Positions 58,502-64,000 of a stretch of DNA of 64,000 nt are shown piece after piece. How positions within the stretch are numbered: the stretch's first letter is position 1; each line of letters opens with the position of its first letter. This stretch comes from Blepharisma stoltei ATCC 30299 (Eukaryota; Protista; Ciliophora). A program made the position numbers and the translations under genes. The stretch covers positions 372,001 through 436,000 of the forward strand of contig CBFDEM010000047.1 in NCBI GenBank assembly GCA_965603825.1. Reading direction: 5' to 3'. The notes beneath the pieces were generated by a model. That model was not told the origin of the DNA and made no database searches. It saw only the letters and a list, made by a program, of their open reading frames with translations.

Positions 58502-61500
58502 ATGCTTGAGATGAATGAAGAAGGAGATGAAATTTCAGATCACAAACAAAAGTTTTGGAAAATAAAAGAAGAGAAATCCATTAGAGATCCTATCTTTAAA
58601 CTTTATAGCAGGCTCTACTATAAAAAGTATTATGAAGATAACAACATTGTAAGACAAAAAATTGAGTTCATTTTTCGTAATACAGTTTGATGTCTTCAAA
58701 TGATATCCTTATTATGAATTCCAGACCTTTCAATCAAAGATTGAAGTGAAAATATGGCTATATGAGAGGCTATAGGATATTTTAAGTTGGATAACACATG
58801 CTCAGAATTAGGCCTAGTTAATGAATGCCTTTTAATATCAATTTTGAGCACTTTTATTGCCAGCTTAGCCATTATGATTTTAGGGTTTCTGATTTATCGT
58901 TGCTACAATTTGCCAGATTTCATTTTTGGAATAGTAAAATTCTGTTTCTATTTATGAACCTCATTTCTAATTATACCTTCTATGGAACTACTTACCATTT
59001 TTCTGAAATATAATTTTACAACGCAAGAGTACGTAACAGAATACAATAATGATCATAACGATATTAAGATTTATGAGATAAGTGCAGCTTATCAAGTCCT
59101 AATTGTTTTTACTATGATTATTAATTTACCTTTACTTCTTTTTCATGAAGCCTTTTCAGGAGAGATTAGACATTTTATTAGTAATAAAAATATAAATGCA
59201 AAGGCTCACTCGAAAATTGACAGAAATATCGCAATTTTCACATATTTTTTCCCAGTTATTTATGTAGTATTTGCTCAAGATTACATAATATATTTGCAGA
59301 TTTTAGTCTTATTTATTTCAGGACTCCTTGCGATAGAAACTCGAATGTACTTGCCTTATTTCTCGTTATACTCTAACTATATTGCGATACTTCGGCTTTT
59401 TATTATCGCTTTTGTGTCATTCTCTTTCATTTTGGGATACTTGGCAGATAATTCGTTAGCTATTTCTTTTATAGCAATACTTTTAGGGCCACTTTTGGGC
59501 GCATTTATTATTCGATTTGTACCAAATTTACTAAATAAAGCAAATATCCCAGATAACTTAACAGGAATCATTTCTCAGTACGATTTGGAAAAATCTTTTA
59601 GGTCTGCTTTGTGTAAAAATGATATAGAGAACAAAGGCCAAATAGTCTATATGTTTGAAGCTTTTTTTATCGAAAACGTATTGAATAGAGGAAAACTTCA
59701 AATCATTTGAATTACAAATTACTGTTTTTATACATTAAAAGATGAGTCTTTAGCGAAAATTAAATTAAGTAAGGCCAAGAGTGTTTTTGATTGAGGCCTC
59801 GAGACTAACTATCAAGAATATTTATGCAGCCAGGACATATCAGCTTCTTGCGTGGGTGAAAATACACAATTTTCAAATTATTTTCAAAAACTAAATGTGA
59901 TAAAAAAGGAAGATAAAAAAATGTGCCTGAATTCAATTAAATTTTTAAATGAAATGGTTTCGCCTAGCCCTGACCTTAAAAAATTAAAGAGACATTTGAC
60001 AGTGGTTTATGACAAGATCTTGCTACTAAATAAAGAATACAGCCAATTAACAGCAAAATATCCTAACATGAGAGAATCTCTATCTCTTTATGCATCTTAT
60101 ACTAGAAATATAATTTACGACGTTGAAAAATCAACTCTGCTTGACTACAAATTAAAATCTCTTGACAAGTTTATTGTTACTTCTATAACTGACTCAAAAG
60201 ATTTTAGTTATTTTAATGTGAATAATGCGATTTTAATGTTTTCTACTGAAGAAGAAAACTTCGGTTATTGTCTTTTTGGAAATGAGAAAGCTGCAGAAAT
60301 TTTCAAACTTCCTTTATCAGAAGTTATTGGTAACAATGTTTTAAATTTTATCCATCCTCACTATAGAGATGAAGTAAAGAAGGTAGCTAGTTCATATATT
60401 TGGTATACTTCAAGTTCTGAAATTAATTTTGTTGAAGGATTTTTTTGGCATGCTCCGTCTGCTGGTTTACTGGAATGTGTAGGGAAAATAGTTATAACTT
60501 CAATGAATACTTTATTTGTTGGCTTAATAGTTTTTAAGCTAAAACCAGTCAATCATCAAATTGCATGGCTTACAGAAAATAGAGAAATTTGCTGCTATAC
60601 AGATAATTTTCCTAAAACTATGAAAAAAACACATACTAATTTGATTGGATGCACTATAAGCAATTTATTTTCTGACTTAAGGGAAGATTTACAACTATTC
60701 ACCCCTTATAATTTATCAAACTTCGAGAAGGAAACTGCTATTATTATGGGTTATTACAACTTCTATACAATGAAAATGCCTTATGCAATATTGACAGATG
60801 ACAATGAAGAAATTAAAAAGTGGAAAAATGAAGCTTTTGGATATCAAAGCTACCTTGAAAGTCCGCAAGACAACGATTCATTGTGCCTAATAAGCTCTAT
60901 GGCAAATACATTCCTTAATTGTGACAGCCAGCTGCCAGAAGATATTTACTTAGATTCTAAAGCGAATTTATTTCAACCAAATGCAAATGAGGAGTGCTGG
61001 TCTGATCCAAATGATAAGGAGTCATTAGAAAAAGCAGATGATGATAAATCAAATAAATCAGAATATTCCTTTCAAAGCAGATACACAGACACAATAAGAA
61101 AATCATCAAGATCAACTAATGTTTTGCATGTAGCTTTTGGTTTCACAGTAAATATTTATTTAGTACTTAGTTATCCTAAGTGTAAGTTCAGCAGTCTTAT
61201 TTTATGCTTATTATAATATTAATTTAATAAGCAATATTGACCTTTCGATCGCTATGGGAAAAGCTGGTGTAAACTTTCAAACAATTGGTATAATTTCAAA
61301 AACACTTTGATTTCTTTCGTATTTTGGCAGCACTTATTTGCCTGCTGAATCAGCCTATTGAAAAGATTTAAACACTGTTTTAGCAGAATTGGAAGAAGTT
61401 AGCTCAAACCTAACTTCAAATTTTGAAAATTGAAATTTTTGCTCAAGTCGAAGCATCTTAAGCGATGAAAGTATAGAATTATTATACAATGGTGACAAAA

Positions 61501-62684
61501 TTTATAAAAAAAAGGCAAATTTGTTAGGTGCGACTACAGAATTTATTAAAAATGTAATATTCATTTAGATAAATGGATTCTCGAGAAAATTAAACAATTC
61601 AGAAAGTGTATGAAATGAGGTTACATTTCTTTTATTAAATGGATACGGGGAAGCATTTCAGTACTGTAATAGGTCATTATTTAATATTGTGGAATGCCAA
61701 AAATCAATGGTTGACGATTTCAAATATAAAATTTATTCTTTATTAGCAATGTGTCCTGCTGTACTGGTTATATGCATTTGTTTACTGCTTCCATTTTATT
61801 ATTCTGTAGTAAAAATTGAAAATACTCTTTGAAATACTTTAAGATCTAGATCTTATGCTAATTATTCTGAATTAAAGCAAAATCTTATAGAAAGACTAAA
61901 AAATGTCCATTCTGAGCCTGAAATAATGGCATTTGATCAAAAACTTTCTAAAGATCCAAAGATATTCAAAAGTCTTTGAAAATATATATGGAGAGCATGC
62001 TTATTACTGATAATTGTAGTGATTTTTTCTTTAATAAATATTACTTATCTCTATGATAAATGTGCGGATTATTTGTACTATAGGCCTATGCTAATAAGAG
62101 AGTTGATAAATCAGCAAATGCTTTATACAAGCTTGGATATATGGTCAACAGAATCTTCATGAGACAGTACTGGATATTTAACTGCATTTTTTTTCCCTAC
62201 TATGTACCCTTTTGGTAGAAGTGTAGTTAAGTTTGAAGATGTCATATCAAAAATTGGAAATTCAGATAAGTTGATAAAAAGTGGATATTTTTCATCTATT
62301 TTATCCAAAAAATTTTGGGAAATTTATTATGAAAATAATAATGATTATATTTCTGAATTCTTCGCTTTTGGAGTATACTCATCTAAGAAAATATTGGAAT
62401 TTGATGGCTATCTTACAACAACTGCAACAGTCTCAATGGATCAATGATTATATATGATGTCAATTTCAAGGGAGCTAAATTCTTATTACAAAATCATTGT
62501 TGACGAAATAGACGATTACTCAAAAGAACTGATTGACGATCAAATTACTATTATAATAGCAACTCTAGCTATTTTTATATTTTGCTTATTTGTGTTGTAT
62601 TTCGGATTTTATTTGACGTTTTTCAGGAGTGAAAAGCAATATTTGCTGAAGATAGATTCAATCATAAAAATATTGCCTCAGTAA
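58502..62684 (+). CDS. Multi-pass membrane PAS-like protein, tandem copy 2 (1383 aa, two introns)
   Basis: Colinear with copy 1; frame changes by one exactly at the 16-nt intron 61148-61163; ends in TAA. Confidence 0.85.
61148..61163 (+). other. 16-nt intron GTAAATATTTATTTAG
   Basis: Removal restores the frame homologous to copy 1 (T|YLVIL). Confidence 0.9.
61554..61568 (+). other. 15-nt intron GTAATATTCATTTAG
   Basis: In-frame TAG; homologous to intron 56764-56778. Confidence 0.88.
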
Positions 62685-63113
62685 GAGTGTCTATTATTAA
62701 AGACGCAAAATATAATAAATACAGCACATGCTTATAGTAGATTTTTAATTAAGACTTCTAAATATATGCAATCGTTATAGCTCTGGCTCATAATATTGAT
62801 AAAATCCCTTAAATACATTTTTTAAATGTGCTCTGCTAGTAAAAGCTAATTATTATATCTCAATTAAATAAAGAGTACCAAAAATGAAACAAAGTATCAA
62901 TGATATTGCTATGCGAACTTCAAAAATATAACATTTTATTTTTATTATGCTTACTGATTACTTTTGTTACTGTGCAGCCAGTTAACTGACTGCAAGTATT
63001 AGATAATTATGGCATTGATAAGATTTTGATTGCATTGCTCTCTAATCCGAGTGATCGATTTCTATTATGTATTTATATCAATATCTTTAAAGAAAATTAT
63101 TAATTTAATTGAG

Positions 63114-63884
63114 CTATCTTGCCATTTCGTAATATTTCTTGCAGGAATTTAAATTTCCGTTATTTAAATAACGATTATTATTACCTTTGTTGGTATTCTG
63201 AGAAAAATATATTTTGGAAGACTGCTGAGCTTCACATTCTTGCTTCAAGTTTTCCATATAATTTAATTCCACAAGTTTTTCAATATTATACCGTTGCTGC
63301 AATGCTATTTCTTTAAAAGTATCAGGGTCTATTCAATAATTAATATGATTTTTGCTTGTTATTGCGGAAACTCTAAACTTTTGTGAAGGAATCAATGAAA
63401 ACATTTGAGGAGATTTAGGTGAAACTGCTGAAAATAAAGAAAATATAACTAAAATTATAATTGGGAGAATCTGGATTATAGGCTTTCAATTAATTCGTTT
63501 CTGTGTTCGTCTTTGGAAATTATATGTTTTTTCCTTTGAAAAGTAATCAGAGAAAATATCTTGAAAATATTCATCAAAATCGGAAGATTCTTCTGGAGAG
63601 CTATTGATGTCTTTATGGCTGTCAACGCCAGTAAGGTTATAATTTTTGCGTTTTTCCTCGTCACTTAAGCATGAAAATGCTTTACTTAGCAGTTTAAAAG
63701 CTTCATCAGCTTTTGGGGATTGATTTTTATCAGGATGCAATTGCAATGCAAGTTTTTTGTAAGCCTTTTTGATCTCTTCTTTGGGGCAGGCAGGCTTTAC
63801 TCCTAAAATTGCATAGTAATTGTCTTGCTCAAGTATTTTTTTGCAAATTTTTTCTTGAGCTATATTTGTCTGACTACAGTTCAT
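63114..63884 (-). CDS. ER-membrane J-domain protein, DNAJB12/14-like (256 aa)
   Basis: J domain with HPD; after TGA=Trp a TM segment (IIQILPIIILVIFSLFS) and a DUF1977-like tail (LEKLVELNYMENLKQEC...SC); ends in TAG. Confidence 0.85.
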
Positions 63885-64000
63885 ATTTAGAAAAACTATT
63901 TTTTATTTTTTGCGAAATCTTGTATATATTTTCTGTTAACGAATGTTTCTACTTGCATATCTATTAAAACCTTGTTTTAAATGTTAAAGATTACTTCACC

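Noticed and set aside
1504-63884. Reading the many TGA-split ORFs as pseudogenes or selenoproteins
   Set aside because: The TGAs align to Trp rather than Cys and interchange with TGG between paralogs; frames stay intact across them
1-64000. Telomeric repeats, CRISPR arrays, tRNA/rRNA/snRNA genes, intact transposons
   Set aside because: None recognised by eye; a covariance-model scan would be needed to exclude divergent small RNAs

Overview
AT-rich, gene-dense eukaryotic DNA that reads as the somatic (macronuclear) genome of a heterotrich ciliate. The combination of features points to Blepharisma or a close relative; this is an inference, and no database was consulted. Two features explain why the supplied ORF track is fragmented. 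(1) TGA encodes Trp: it sits at conserved Trp positions, it swaps with TGG at five homologous codons between two paralogs, and every rebuilt gene ends in TAA or TAG. (2) Introns are only 15-16 nt (GTA...A-nn-YAG); I located ten. With these rules about 40 genes can be rebuilt. They include PCNA, Rab7, BET3, TEL2, importin-5-like, RNase H1, FMO, AlaX, a Cid1/TUT-family nucleotidyltransferase, a cytosolic carboxypeptidase, GST-theta, ataxin-2/Pbp1, TDH, DNAJB12-like and several duplicated pairs. The most unusual items are a RING/B-box/coiled-coil protein with four PHR domains, a tandem pair of countin-like secreted saposins, a TUTase with altered catalytic and nucleotide-recognition residues, an RNase H1 with an archaeal/plant-type catalytic domain, 14-17 nt gaps between same-strand genes, a strong gene-class bias in TGA versus TGG use, and two candidate structured non-coding elements. 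No rRNA, tRNA, CRISPR array, telomeric repeat or intact transposon was recognised.
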